Shown here: positions 1 to 11,100 of the stretch, in pieces
Layout: every line of letters begins with the position of its first letter
Numbering within the stretch: the first letter of the stretch is position 1
DNA from: an uncultured bacterium
GTDB lineage: Bacteria > Hydrogenedentota > Hydrogenedentia > Hydrogenedentales > CAILVY01
Direction of reading: 5' to 3'
Assembly (NCBI GenBank): GCA_937951485.1
Contig: CALEDJ010000045.1
Coordinates: 139,100-203,099, forward strand
Length of the DNA stretch: 64,000 bases
Translations under genes and position numbers: made by a program
The notes under the pieces: generated by a model
Database searches by the model: none
Told to the model about the DNA's origin: nothing
What the model saw: only the letters and a program-made list of their open reading frames with translations

Positions 1-16
1 ACAGGGTGCGGCGACG

Positions 17-2026
17 TTATTCCACAGGCTCAGTGGATGCGATCTTCTGAAAATACCGCCAGGTATCCAGTTGCGCCTGGTGGGGTTCGCCCTCATTGGG
101 CACATATTGATTGGTCTGCATGGCGTCGAGGATGCGCGCTTTGACGTTGTCCTGTATTTGGAGAGCCATGATATCCATGACCTGCCGTTGCAGTTCCTTG
201 TCGTAGATGGGGAAAGCGGTTTCGACGCGCCAGTCTATGTTGCGCTCCATGAGGTCGGCGGAACTCATGTACATCACGCGGTCCTGGTCTTTGCCGAAGA
301 CATAGATGCGCTGGTGTTCCAGGTAGCGGTCGAGAATGGAGATGGCGCGGATGTTGGGGTGGGGGAGCATGGCGTAGGTTGTTCGTACGATGAGGTCCAG
401 ATGCACGCCGGCATCCGCCGCCTCGCGCAGTTTGGCGATGATCTTCGCGTCGGTGAGGTGATTGATCTTGAAAAAGATATAGCCGTCGGGACCTTTTTCC
501 GTTTCACGCTGAATCAGTTTGTTGAATGTTTTCCGGGTATTGAAGGGCGACACGACGAGGTGTTTGAACTTGGGGGTGGAGATGGCGCGCATGCCGGCGC
601 TTTGCTCGAAAAACTCGAAAGTGTCTGCCACTTCCTGGGCGAGCCGCTTGTCGGCGGTGAGCAGAATGCTGTCCACGTAAAGCCTGCCAGTCACCTCGTT
701 GAAGTTCCCTGTGGACAGGCCGACATAGCGCACGCCGTCGCGGACGATGAGCAGGAGTTTGCTGTGTACCTTCAGCGGCTGGGCGCCATAGGTGACGGTC
801 GCGCCCTCTTCAATAAGCCGTTCTGAAATGCGGATGTTGTTTTCCTCGTCGAAGCGCGCCTGCAACTCCACATTCGCATATATCCGCTTGCCGTTGCGGG
901 CGGCGTTGATCAGGGCGTTGACGACGCGCGAGGGATTCGCGGCGCGGTACACCGTCATGCGGATTTCCTGCACCTTCGGATCAATGGCCGCCTCGCGCAG
1001 CAATCGGATGACGTGGTCAAAGGACTGGTAGGGATAAGTGATGAGCAAATCGCGGCGGCGGATGATGTCCATCATCGGCGTGCGGTTCCCGTCCAGGGCA
1101 GGGTGCTTCGCCACCTCCAGCCGTTGATAACTCAGGTCGGGCCGGCGCGCGGGGAAGTGCATCAGGTCGCGCATATTGTGATAGCGCCCGCCCGGAATCA
1201 CCGTGTCGTCATCGCTGATGCGCAGTTCCTTCCGGAGCAACTTGAAGAGGCCGACGGGCATGTCCATGTCATAGACCAGCCGGGTCGGGCGGCCGCCCTT
1301 GCGCTGGCGCAGCACCTTCTGCATCTTGCGGACATAGCCTTCGGAGAAATCGTTGTCTATGTCCAGTTCCGCGTCGCGGGAAATCTTGAATTCAAACGCT
1401 TCTATTTTGTCGTACTGGAAAATGTAGAAGACCTCATCGAGCGAATGGCGGATGACATCGTCAATGTACATGATGTTGCCGTTGGGCAGTTCGACGAAAC
1501 GCGGGAGCGTGGAGGGAATTTCGAGGATGGCGTAACGGGGTGTCTTGCCCTGCATTTTCACGCCAAAATACAGCGCTCCGTCAATGAGTTGGGGCATGGG
1601 CCGGTCTTCTCGGAGAATGATGGGGACGAGATTGGGCAGCACGCGATCATGAAAGAATTCCTGGAGCCAGTCGTGCATATCCTGCTCGTGGGAAATAATG
1701 TCATCTTCTTTCAGCAGTTTGACGCCCTGCGCGGCGAGCGCATCGGTGATATCGGCATAGGCCGCCTGGAATCGCTCATCCAGTTCACGGGCTTTTTCAT
1801 TGACCACCTCGAGCACATCGGTGACGCCCTTCTTGCCGAGTTCGATCATGCGGTGCATGATGGCCACGCGCACCTTGAAGAATTCGTCCATGTTGGACGA
1901 AAAGATGCCGAGGAATTTAAGGCGTTCGAGCAGCGGGTTGCGGTGGTCCTCCGCTTCCTGGAGCACCCGTTCGTTGAAGGAAAGCGTTGAAACTTCTCGA
2001 ATCTGATAAAGATTTTTCATGCCCAC
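17..2026 (-). CDS. ppk: polyphosphate kinase 1
   Basis: 669-aa ORF. The N-terminal ...NERVLQEA...FLGIFSSNMDEFFKVRV... block and the overall length are typical of PPK1. Confidence 0.9.
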   Translation of the reverse strand: MGMKNLYQIREVSTLSFNERVLQEAEDHRNPLLERLKFLGIFSSNMDEFFKVRVAIMHRMIELGKKGVTDVLEVVNEKARELDERFQAAYADITDALAAQGVKLLKEDDIISHEQDMHDWLQEFFHDRVLPNLVPIILREDRPMPQLIDGALYFGVKMQGKTPRYAILEIPSTLPRFVELPNGNIMYIDDVIRHSLDEVFYIFQYDKIEAFEFKISRDAELDIDNDFSEGYVRKMQKVLRQRKGGRPTRLVYDMDMPVGLFKLLRKELRISDDDTVIPGGRYHNMRDLMHFPARRPDLSYQRLEVAKHPALDGNRTPMMDIIRRRDLLITYPYQSFDHVIRLLREAAIDPKVQEIRMTVYRAANPSRVVNALINAARNGKRIYANVELQARFDEENNIRISERLIEEGATVTYGAQPLKVHSKLLLIVRDGVRYVGLSTGNFNEVTGRLYVDSILLTADKRLAQEVADTFEFFEQSAGMRAISTPKFKHLVVSPFNTRKTFNKLIQRETEKGPDGYIFFKINHLTDAKIIAKLREAADAGVHLDLIVRTTYAMLPHPNIRAISILDRYLEHQRIYVFGKDQDRVMYMSSADLMERNIDWRVETAFPIYDKELQRQVMDIMALQIQDNVKARILDAMQTNQYVPNEGEPHQAQLDTWRYFQKIASTEPVE

Positions 2027-2132
2027 GGATCAACTGACTGGTTTGGCCGAACGCGAATGGTCTCTATTGCCACCAACAAATCACATGATACCCTGCGCAT
2101 CAACGCTGACATCAGCGCTTCTGCCGCCCGCA

Positions 2133-3611
2133 TCAGAATGAGATGTCCAGCCGCGCGAGATGCGCCAGCAACTGGCGGCGCGCCAGCGGCCAGAGTTCGC
2201 GCGGCGTGTCATCATAAGCCTTTTCCAGGATTTTGTCCAACGAGGCCGCCCCCGCAGCAATGGCTTGCCGGATTTTCTCTTCCCTGTTCAGCCGATGCGC
2301 GATAAGCGCCCGAAACAAATCCTTGCCGCTGTGGTTCCAGGTCGGCAGGCCATGGCCGGGAATGGTGAAAGCGATATCGGCCTGCGCCAGGCGTTCCAGT
2401 TGTTGCAGGTATTGCGTCATATCGCCGCCGAGGTCCGGGGCAATGAGAATGGTTCCCGGATTGGCCGCCATATCGCCGCATATGAGCGTCTGCGTGGTCT
2501 CCTCGATGAAGCACAAGTGGCCGGGGTCGTGGCCGGGCGTGTGGAGGCAGCGGATGCGCCAGGGTGTTTCGCCCTTGATTTCCAGCATATCGCCTTCGTC
2601 GAGAAAGCGGTCGGGACGGATTTCCGGCGCGCCGGGATTGGGCCGCGCGAGGGCATGGGCGCAGACCGGCGCGCCGTAGGTTTCCCGCAGAAACCCCGCC
2701 GCCCCGGCATGGTCGGCGTGCGCGTGGGTGAGCAAGACCGCCGTCACCTTCCCCCCCAGCAGACACAAGCGGTCCAGGTGTTTTTTCAGGCGCATTTTTT
2801 CGGTGTCATCCGTTGCGCCGGGATCAATCACCGCCAAATCCTCCACACCGACCACCACGCAGTTGGTGTGTGTGGCGGGCGGCAGGGTATGCGTGCACAA
2901 GGGAATGATGGAAATGCCCGGGCGCGGCTCGAAACGCTCGGTAATGACCGGATCGCGGCTGGGGTTGTCCACCATGTAGGGGATCGCCTCTTCCGGGGTG
3001 AAATGCGCCAAGTGCCGCACGATATACGCCACAGGGGTTGACAGCCGGATGGCGCCGGCGCGCCAGCGCCGCAGGGCCTCGCCCGGCCGCATCCATTCCA
3101 CGCCGACAATTTCGCTGTCCGGCCCCTCCGCCTCTTCCCAGGCCGGCCCCACATAGTCATGGAAAAAATACTGGGTTTGAAACCGTACCGGCGAGAAAGC
3201 CGGGGTGGTCCACATGCCTGCGGCCAGGAACGCCGCTGCGTCAATCCGGCGTCCCATACGGCGCAGCATGCGGTCAAACGTGTCCTGTTTGCGAAGCAGG
3301 GCCTGGCGGGCTTTGCGCAGGAAATTGTGATCGGGCATGGCGCCTGTGGCGAGAAACAGGCCGGTTTCCTCAAACACTTCCCGCGCCGCCGTGAAGATGC
3401 GCTGCGCCATCGCCGGGTCCATGGCGCCATCCACCAGGTCCGGCGTGTCTTCTTTGTCCACCGCGCCGCCGGGGAACGCATGGTGCCCGCCCATGAATGT
3501 CAACCGTTCGCTGCGCCGCACCATGAGCACCTTGCCGCTGTCGCGTCGAAACAGCACGCAGGCCGCGGCCTGGCGCGGGGGCAAGTGACTATGGGTGTCC
3601 CACGTGGTCAT
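2133..3611 (-). CDS. Nudix hydrolase (non-canonical Nudix box) fused to MBL-fold metallo-hydrolase
   Basis: N-terminal half has GGAVDKE...REVFEETGL (Nudix-like). C-terminal half has LLTHAHADHAG (MBL HxHxDH motif). Start chosen at the internal Met (MTTWDTH...); the tryptophan-rich 34-aa upstream extension of the ORF looks non-coding. Confidence 0.65.
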   Translation of the reverse strand: MTTWDTHSHLPPRQAAACVLFRRDSGKVLMVRRSERLTFMGGHHAFPGGAVDKEDTPDLVDGAMDPAMAQRIFTAAREVFEETGLFLATGAMPDHNFLRKARQALLRKQDTFDRMLRRMGRRIDAAAFLAAGMWTTPAFSPVRFQTQYFFHDYVGPAWEEAEGPDSEIVGVEWMRPGEALRRWRAGAIRLSTPVAYIVRHLAHFTPEEAIPYMVDNPSRDPVITERFEPRPGISIIPLCTHTLPPATHTNCVVVGVEDLAVIDPGATDDTEKMRLKKHLDRLCLLGGKVTAVLLTHAHADHAGAAGFLRETYGAPVCAHALARPNPGAPEIRPDRFLDEGDMLEIKGETPWRIRCLHTPGHDPGHLCFIEETTQTLICGDMAANPGTILIAPDLGGDMTQYLQQLERLAQADIAFTIPGHGLPTWNHSGKDLFRALIAHRLNREEKIRQAIAAGAASLDKILEKAYDDTPRELWPLARRQLLAHLARLDISF

Positions 3612-3844
3612 GGCGTCATGGTGGCAATAATTGTCTGTCCAGTCAAGCCAGGCAAAGGACGCAAAGGACCAAAGCGACGGGAAGGACAGAGGGACGGCAG
3701 CAATGCCGCACACAGGGCGCGATTCTTGCGCAGCGGCTGATGAGAGACAGACGGTCCGGATTTGTTTATAATGCCTGTATCAGAAATCGCCGGCGGCGCG
3801 TTGTGCGGGAAATCGAGCGTTGCCAAGACGGAGGGAAGATCATC

Positions 3845-5305
3845 ATGGACGCGCTGTTCAATCGCAGAACCTTTTTGAAGTCCACGGCGGCGTTGTCGGC
3901 CATCACTGCCTGGCCGGGATTGGGCGCGGCCACGCTGGGAACGGCCCTGGCGCCGACATCCGCCGGGAAGAAACCGGGAATCGTGCGGGGGGCCTTTTTC
4001 TATCCACCGGCGCAGGTGGTGCTTGACGGCAGGTGTGAAGACAACTGGAATGTCCACAATTGGTTCACGTGGCCGGGCAACCAGTTCAAGCCGGAGGAAC
4101 AGCAGGGCAAATTCATGGCCGAATTGCAGCGCATGATCACGGGACTCAATCTCGAACTGGTCATGGATGACGCCGCGATCTACACCGACGCGGGCATTCA
4201 GGCGTTCATTGCGGACATTCAGGCATCCAAGCCCGACGCCCTCCTGCTTTTCAATTTCTGGAACAGTTTCAGCGCAAAAATCTATCCCATTCTTGACGCC
4301 TATGATGGCCCGATTATCCTGTACCATCCCCTCGGCGCCAGCCATCAACTGCCGCCGGAACGTTTCCGCACCGGGCCGCGCTTGTACTATATTCATTCCA
4401 TTGAGCATTATGCCGCGCTGGAAAACGGCCTGCGCGCCATCCATGCCAGGACGCGCATGGCGCAGAGCAGACTGTTGCGCGTATCCGGAAAACTTCAGGA
4501 AGAGTCGGACGACATCGAGCCGTTTTTCAATACGGCTATCCACAGCGTGCCCGCCGCGCATTTCAACGACCTGTTCGATGAAACGGAACTGACGGCGGAG
4601 ATGCGTCAGGTCGCGGACGCCGTCCGTGCGCACGCCGTCAGAGTTACCGATCTCGCGGATGAGGCGTTTCTGGATGCCGTGCGCGCGCATGCCGCCGTAC
4701 AGAAACTTATGGAGCGGCACCAGGCGGATGCCATCACCATTGAATGTCTTTTCCTGAAGCACCGCAAGCCCTGCCTGAGTTTCGCCATCAACAACGGCAG
4801 GCTCATTCCCTGCGGCTGTGAGAACGACCTGAACGCCACCCTGTCGCTGATGCTCGGCGCGCAACTTTTCGGCGTGGGCGGGTTCCAGCACAACCCGGAA
4901 TTCGACACGACGGAGAACCGCTATTTCGGCGCGCACTGCACCTGCACGCCGCAGATGCGCGGGGCCGGAAAAGAGGAAGCCCCCTACGAACTGCGTCCTT
5001 TCTTCCATCAATTGCCCAAGACCCTGGCGCTCGACGTCAAATGGCCGCCGAATGAACCGGTGACCCTCTTCAAATATCAGACGGACGGTCCGCTCCTGCA
5101 CGCCTGGAACGGCGAGGTGGTCAATTCGCCGGACTGTCCCCCCACGGGCGGCTGCGCCACGCGCGTGCTGGTGAAAATGCACGACGTGAAAAACATCTGC
5201 GACATCTATCCCGGCACGCATCCATCATTGTTCTGCGGCAACTTCGCTCAGCGGGCCAAGGTCTTCGCAACACTCTATGGTCTCGACATCCGGACAAACG
5301 CGTAA
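3845..5305 (+). CDS. Tat-signal (twin-arginine) secreted protein of unknown function
   Basis: MDALFNRRTFLKSTAALSAITAWPGLGAA matches the RRxFLK Tat consensus plus an h-region. A GGAGGG RBS lies 8 nt upstream of ATG 3845. No family recognised by eye. Confidence 0.6.
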   Translation: MDALFNRRTFLKSTAALSAITAWPGLGAATLGTALAPTSAGKKPGIVRGAFFYPPAQVVLDGRCEDNWNVHNWFTWPGNQFKPEEQQGKFMAELQRMITGLNLELVMDDAAIYTDAGIQAFIADIQASKPDALLLFNFWNSFSAKIYPILDAYDGPIILYHPLGASHQLPPERFRTGPRLYYIHSIEHYAALENGLRAIHARTRMAQSRLLRVSGKLQEESDDIEPFFNTAIHSVPAAHFNDLFDETELTAEMRQVADAVRAHAVRVTDLADEAFLDAVRAHAAVQKLMERHQADAITIECLFLKHRKPCLSFAINNGRLIPCGCENDLNATLSLMLGAQLFGVGGFQHNPEFDTTENRYFGAHCTCTPQMRGAGKEEAPYELRPFFHQLPKTLALDVKWPPNEPVTLFKYQTDGPLLHAWNGEVVNSPDCPPTGGCATRVLVKMHDVKNICDIYPGTHPSLFCGNFAQRAKVFATLYGLDIRTNA

Positions 5306-5508
5306 AGCCCCCCCCGATCGGGGCTGTTCCGCCGCCGTCGGATGAACTGGTTCATCCTGGGCCGGGCGGATTCGTGCACTATGTATTGCGCCACGGAATA
5401 CACGTGTATGGCGACACACCGGACTTGCCACAGCGCCCGCCGCGCAAATGACGGATTGTTCACTTCATGATGTGACACGCGGTATGCTGAGGATATGGGA
5501 GCATCGCA

Positions 5509-5823
5509 ATGAAGGTGCTATCAGAAAAAGATCGCAACGCCCTGCGCGCGTTTTGTGAGCGTTGGCGCATCCGGGAACTCGATCTTTTTGGGTCCGCGCT
5601 GCGGGAGGATTTCAGCCCCGGCAGCGACCTCGATTTTTTGGTGCTGTATCCGCCTGACGCGAAGATCACCCTCATGGACGAGGTGATGATGCAGGAGGAA
5701 TTGACGCAACTTTGCGGAAGGCCCGTAGACCTGGCCAGTCGTCGCGCAGTCGAAGCATCCCACAACTGGATTCGCCGCCAGGCGATTCTGGAAAGTGCTG
5801 AGCCGATCTATGTCGCGTCCTGA
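5509..5823 (+). CDS. nucleotidyltransferase-domain antitoxin (MntA-like)
   Basis: 104 aa; ...LFGSALREDFSPGSDLDFLVLY... minimal nucleotidyltransferase motif (GS...D.D). Paralogous to ORF 17918..18262. Confidence 0.75.
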   Translation: MKVLSEKDRNALRAFCERWRIRELDLFGSALREDFSPGSDLDFLVLYPPDAKITLMDEVMMQEELTQLCGRPVDLASRRAVEASHNWIRRQAILESAEPIYVAS

Positions 5824-5971
5824 CGACCTGGCTGCGTTAATTGATATTACTTGCGCGGCAAAGAATGTTGTTGTCTTGATTGAAGGCATGAATCGTTTCG
5901 AATTTCTGCGGGACAAGGAAACCCAAGCCGCCGTTCAGCATCAGAAAATAGAACCTTTATTGCGGACCTGA
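5810..5971 (+). pseudogene. truncated HepT (DUF86) toxin remnant
   Basis: 53-codon ORF overlapping the MntA-like stop (ATG at 5810). N-terminus LAALIDITCAAKNVVVLIEG...FLRDKETQAAV resembles the HepT N-terminus, but the reading frame ends before the conserved Rx4HxY region. Confidence 0.45.
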
Positions 5972-6040
5972 TGCACCCCGTGACCTCATAGCCACTCTTG
6001 AGCGCAATTTCCGCCATATCAAGAGGGATTGCCCTGTCCG

Positions 6041-7936
6041 CTATTTCAGCCCCAAAGCCTTTTGTTTTTTCTCGCGGGGCGCGCCGGTGGCGTCCCAGCC
6101 TCGGATGCGGTAGTAGGTTCCGAGCATCTTGCCGAGGGGGACGCGGGTGCGAGGGTCGCCGGGGATTTGGGGTTCGTCGGTGAGGCGTTTGGGCAGGGCG
6201 TCTTCTGCGGCGGTCAATCCCATGCGGATGTTGAGCAGGCGTTCGAGGGTGAAGCCGCGTTCTCCGATGCTTTTGAGCACGCCAACGTTCATTTTCATGC
6301 CGGTGACCGCGGCCAGCGCCTTCGTATAGGGGAAAAGCGGCAGGTGAATCGGCATCATGGACGCGGGCAGTCGGTCGAGCAGGCCGACCAGGCCGCCGGA
6401 AAGCGGCAACACGGCATTGACGAACTGGGCGATGGGGTTGCGCTGGTGGGTGATGAGCCAGCCGGGGTAGAAGGAGAACAGGGGGAAGAGGCAGCATCCG
6501 GCGGCGGAGATGCCCTCCATGAGGTTCTGGTTCAGGATGGTCAGGGCGGCCTTGGCGCGGTGGGTGTATGGGTTCATGCCCAGCCCCAACCCCTCCATCA
6601 GCACCAGATAGCCCGCGTTGAGGTGGCAGCCGCCGCGATTTGCCGTGGCGTAGCCCAGCCCCTGGCCCACGGCACCGCGCGGTTCGTAAGCGGCGAGTTC
6701 CAGTCCCTTCGCGTGGATGGCGAAGTCTTTGCCGCCGAGGCGTTCCGACAGTCGCCGCGTGCCCTCCGCGAGCAGGTCGCCGATGCCCCGACGATACGCG
6801 ATGCTTTCAATCACCTCGGCGATATTGTCGGTCTTGCCGAAGTGCAGCCCGCAGTCCCAGAGTCCCTTTTCCTGCAGTTCCATCGCGAAGCCGATGACGC
6901 CGCCCGTGCTGATGGTGTCCATGCCGAGTTCATCGAGCAGATAATTCCACTCGATGATGCGCTCCATGCTGTTGTTTTCCAGGTTCGGCCCCAGGAGACC
7001 GAGCGTTTCCAGTTCCGGGCCTTTGATGCGCTTGCCGTTAAGTTCGACCTGTCGCCCGCAGTTGATGTGACACGTCGTGCAGCCGATGGTCTTGATGAGA
7101 TGCTTCCCGGCGAGGGTCTGTCCGGAGAGCATGTCGTAATCTTTGAATGCGCCATGCTGGTAGTTGCGGGTGGCCAGCACCTTGTGCTCGTTCATGATCC
7201 GCAGCAGGAAGCCCGTGCCGTATTTGGGCAGTGCTTCGCCCGTGAGCGGATGGGCCTTGAGCATCTTGATCCAGCCCTTGAAAATGGCCCGCGCCTTTTC
7301 CGGATGGCGCATCTCTGTTTTGCGCGTTCCCGTGGCGGTGATGGCCTTGAGGTTTTTCGACCCCATCACCGCGCCCAGACCTGCCCGGCCTGCCGTCCGG
7401 TCCCCGCTGAAGATGCAGGCATAGCGCACGAGGTGCTCCCCCGCCGGACCGATGACCATTTTGCCGACCTTCTCGCCCAGGGTCTCCTGGGTCTCGCCCG
7501 TGGTTTTGCCCCAGAGGTGGCCGGCATCATGGAATTGCACCGCGTCTTCGGTGATTTCGATCCACACCGGCGATGCCGACTTGCCGGTGATGACCAGTGC
7601 GTCATAGCCCGCCTTTTTCAATGCGAGACCGAAATCGCCCCCACAGTTCGATGATGCGCAGAAACCCGTGAGCGGGGACAGCGCGGAGACGTTGAACCGA
7701 CTGGAGGACGGCGCGTTCGTGCCGGTCATTGGTCCGGTGGACACGACGAGCACATTGTCCGGTGAGAACGGGTCCGTGCCCGCCTGGAGATTGTCATAGA
7801 GGATTTTGGCGGCCATGATTTTGCCGCCCAGGTACATTTGGCGATCGGCATCCGTCCAAGGATATTCGCCGATCTCCCGGTCACTGAGGTTGATCTTCAG
7901 CACTTTCCCCGCATAGCCGCCGTATCTGGTGCTCAT
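6041..7936 (-). CDS. aldehyde:ferredoxin oxidoreductase (tungsten-containing AOR family)
   Basis: 631 aa; N-terminal MSTRYGGYAGKVLKINLSDREI... and the length are typical of the AOR family. Confidence 0.8.
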   Translation of the reverse strand: MSTRYGGYAGKVLKINLSDREIGEYPWTDADRQMYLGGKIMAAKILYDNLQAGTDPFSPDNVLVVSTGPMTGTNAPSSSRFNVSALSPLTGFCASSNCGGDFGLALKKAGYDALVITGKSASPVWIEITEDAVQFHDAGHLWGKTTGETQETLGEKVGKMVIGPAGEHLVRYACIFSGDRTAGRAGLGAVMGSKNLKAITATGTRKTEMRHPEKARAIFKGWIKMLKAHPLTGEALPKYGTGFLLRIMNEHKVLATRNYQHGAFKDYDMLSGQTLAGKHLIKTIGCTTCHINCGRQVELNGKRIKGPELETLGLLGPNLENNSMERIIEWNYLLDELGMDTISTGGVIGFAMELQEKGLWDCGLHFGKTDNIAEVIESIAYRRGIGDLLAEGTRRLSERLGGKDFAIHAKGLELAAYEPRGAVGQGLGYATANRGGCHLNAGYLVLMEGLGLGMNPYTHRAKAALTILNQNLMEGISAAGCCLFPLFSFYPGWLITHQRNPIAQFVNAVLPLSGGLVGLLDRLPASMMPIHLPLFPYTKALAAVTGMKMNVGVLKSIGERGFTLERLLNIRMGLTAAEDALPKRLTDEPQIPGDPRTRVPLGKMLGTYYRIRGWDATGAPREKKQKALGLK

Positions 7937-8159
7937 GGCATGACCCTTCCTCTGATTGGCACAACGAACCGCACATCCCCGGACAGCGTCCTATGCCGCC
8001 TTGCCCTCCAATGTAGCACAACCCGGCGCAGCCGTCCAACATTCGGAAGACCCGTGCGGGCGAATGTCAGGGGCTTGTTTCGCGGCGCTGCACCATTTAT
8101 TGTAATGCCTTTGGCGCTGATGTTCCGGGGTCGGAACGGCAAAGCAAGGAAATGGAAAA

Positions 8160-11100
8160 ATGCTGGGATTGATTGCGACAGGGTTGTTGGCATTTTCGGC
8201 GGCGGGCGCGGATGCGCCGCCGATGCAGTGGGCGCACATGCTGACTTCACCTCCCCATGTCGCGCCGCTGGCGGCGGATATGCACCCGAACCCGGGCAGG
8301 GAGATCGTCGTCGCGGACGCGGAGGCGGGGACGGTGTATTGCCTCAGCGGACAGGGTGCGGTCTTGTGGGAATTTCAGACCGGCGCGGATGCGCCGTTGC
8401 GGGGGACGATGGCTTTGGGCCGGGGCAGGGACCGCGACACGCGGCTGTTGGCCGTGCCCGCGGGCGATACGGTGATCGTGCTGGACGCGGCGACGGGCGC
8501 GGAGCGCCACCGAACGGAAGTCGGCCCGATGGGACTTGGCGGGGCATGCTGGGCTGATTTGCGCGACGACGAAATGGACGTGATGATTGTCAGCACGATG
8601 GAAAACGGCGTGGCGGCCTTCGATGCGGAGGGAACGCCCCTGTGGACATATACCGCCGAGGACCATGATGATCCTCTGCGGATGAACGGACCGCCGGCCG
8701 CCGCCGATGCGGATGAAGACCGCATCCCGGAACTTTTTTTTGTGGCGGAAACGGGACCATTCTGCCTGGATGCCGATGGCAGGCTGCGATGGCGCGGCGC
8801 ATCGGGGGGGCGTTTTCTGGGCGCGGCGGCGGTTGCGCCGCCGGACCGGGATGGCGTGCCCCGGCTCTATTGCGTCTCGGCAGCACCGCCTGCGCTCCAC
8901 GCCTGCGACGCCGCGACCGGCGACGCCTTGTGGCAGACGCCGCTCCAGGACGCCCCGGACGACGCCACGGCGAATGCTATCGCGCTGGCGGACCTCGATC
9001 ACGATGGGCGCTATGAAGTGCTTGTCGGCGATGCCGCCGGTCGGGTCTATGCCATCGCCGATTCGGGGACGCTTCTGTGGACATTCCAGACGCAGCGGCC
9101 GGGTCCCGTGGCCATCGCGATCGGTGATGTCAGCGGCGACGGCGGCCTGGATGTGGTCATCGCCTCGGCGGACCACGGGCTCTATTGCCTGGACCGCACA
9201 GGCGCGCTCCAGTGGCGATACGAAGCGGGCGGCCCGCTGTTGCACGCGCCTGCACTGGCCGATGCGGACGGCGACGGCCGCACGCAAATCCTGTTCGGCG
9301 CGGGCGACAAGGCCATCCGCAGCATCGGGCCGGGCGGCCCCTTTGTGCCTGCGCTCATGCCGTGGCCCGGCGCGCGCGCCGATGCCGCGCGTCGCGGGCG
9401 ACCGGCCATCCAGGAAGCCTTTGAACTCGATAAAGATGCACTGGAACCGATACCCGACGTCGCGCCGTTGCTCCTGACAGGCGGTTTTGAACTGCCCGCG
9501 CAGGACACCACCGGGGCGGAGGTGTCTCGCCCGGTGGGTTGGACGCTCGAATCCGGCGACGGCGCATGGATTCTGGACGAAACGACCAGATTCGCGGGGA
9601 AATACGCGCTGAAGGTCCAACCCGAAAATGAACCCATCGTTGTCGTATCCGAAATCATCGCGATAACGCCCGACCTGCGCTGTGTCAATGCATCCGTGAT
9701 GGCGTCCGGGGAGGGCATGCGCGCCGTGCTGCGATGGCGCAAACGCGACGGCGTGTCACGGGAAGATGCTTTCCTTGTGCGCGGCGCTGCGTCTGAACAG
9801 TGGCGACGCCATGTGCTGCACCAGGCGCGTCCCCCGCTGGATGCGACGGGTTTCCAGGTGGTTCTGCGCGCGGAGGCGCCGGGCGAGGCCGCGTGGTGGG
9901 ATGAAGTGCACGCGGAAGGCAATTTCGAGCGCGTGCCGCAGGCGCGGGTTTTCATCAACCAGGCCGGATATGAAATCCAAGCCCCCAAACGTTTCACCGT
10001 CTGGACCAGTTTTCCTGCGCGCAACGGCCGTTTCGCGGTGACCACGGCATCGGGGCCGGTTTATGAGGGAAACCTTCATGGCGGCGAGCGCCTGATTGGC
10101 GCATTCAACAGCGATTGGGGCGGCTATTACTGGCAGGGTGATTTCACCGATTTTGATACCCGCGGTTCCTACACAATTGCCGTGGAATTGGAAGGTGCCA
10201 GGGCAAACAGCCCGTCGTTCGACGTCGGCCCGCATCTGCTGTGGTACAGGACCGTCCCGCAGGCGTTGCGGGCGTTCACCCTGCACCGTTGCGGCGCTGC
10301 CGCGCCCGGCAGGAACACCCCCTGTCATCTCGATGACGCCTGCGGAGAGCGCCTGCTCGACGGCGGCTGGCACGACGGCAGCGACTACGACAAGACCCAC
10401 GCGCTGGAGTATCTCTGGCATCTGGTCAACGCTTACGGCGTCGTGCGCTGGCGCATTGACGCCGCCGGGCCGGAAATGCAGCCCGGCGCAGCATGGCTGG
10501 AGGAAATTGAATGGGGCATGGAATTGGCCCTGAAGGCCGTGAATGATGATGGCGCCGTCTGCCCCATGCCGGTCTCTGATCCGGAGTATTGGGGGCCGCC
10601 GGAGTCGGAAACCGACAATGAACCCAATACGGGCGACGAGCGCCGGATCGCCGGGAACGAACAGGAGTCGGCGGCATGGTGCGCGGCGGCGCTCGCGCGT
10701 ATGGCGCGGCTTTTTCCGGAAGACAACGGGCAATATGCAGCCGCCGCGCGGCGCATCGTAGAAAAGGCGCTCAAGGACGGCGCGACAGGGCCGCTGCTCT
10801 TCAGCGCCGCGATGGACCTCTATCTGATCTCACGGGATGAGACCCACGCGAAAATCGTGCATGGGTGGTATCCGGGGCCGGAACCCGCCTGTGCGGAGGC
10901 GGTGGCCGCCTACGACGCTCTCGATATCCACGCCAGTTTCAATCTCGCGATGGCGTTGCAGGCCCAAGCCGACGCCTGTCTCGCGCGCGCGAACAACCCC
11001 TTCGGCGTCTGCGCCCGCAACGAGGAGGACCGGGCCGACTTTTTCGGCATGGGCGCGTCCGACCCGGCCCACCTGATCGGCAACACTTTGTACCTCCTCG

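Noticed and set aside
7956-7973. Sigma-54-like TTGGCACAACGAACCGCA upstream of the GH9 fusion gene
   Set aside because: The GG-to-GC spacing is off by one, the -12 element is not TTGC, and the site is about 200 bp from the start codon.
8247-9620. Long ORFs antisense to or overlapping confident genes (for example 8247..9620-, 3608..5221-, 6029..7654+, 13764..15023+, 15918..17696+, 19371..21635+, 55105..57165-, 59152..61134-)
   Set aside because: In a >60% GC genome, stop-free antisense frames are expected. Their products are Arg/Pro/Gly-rich low-complexity strings. Each overlaps a gene with clear family motifs on the other strand.
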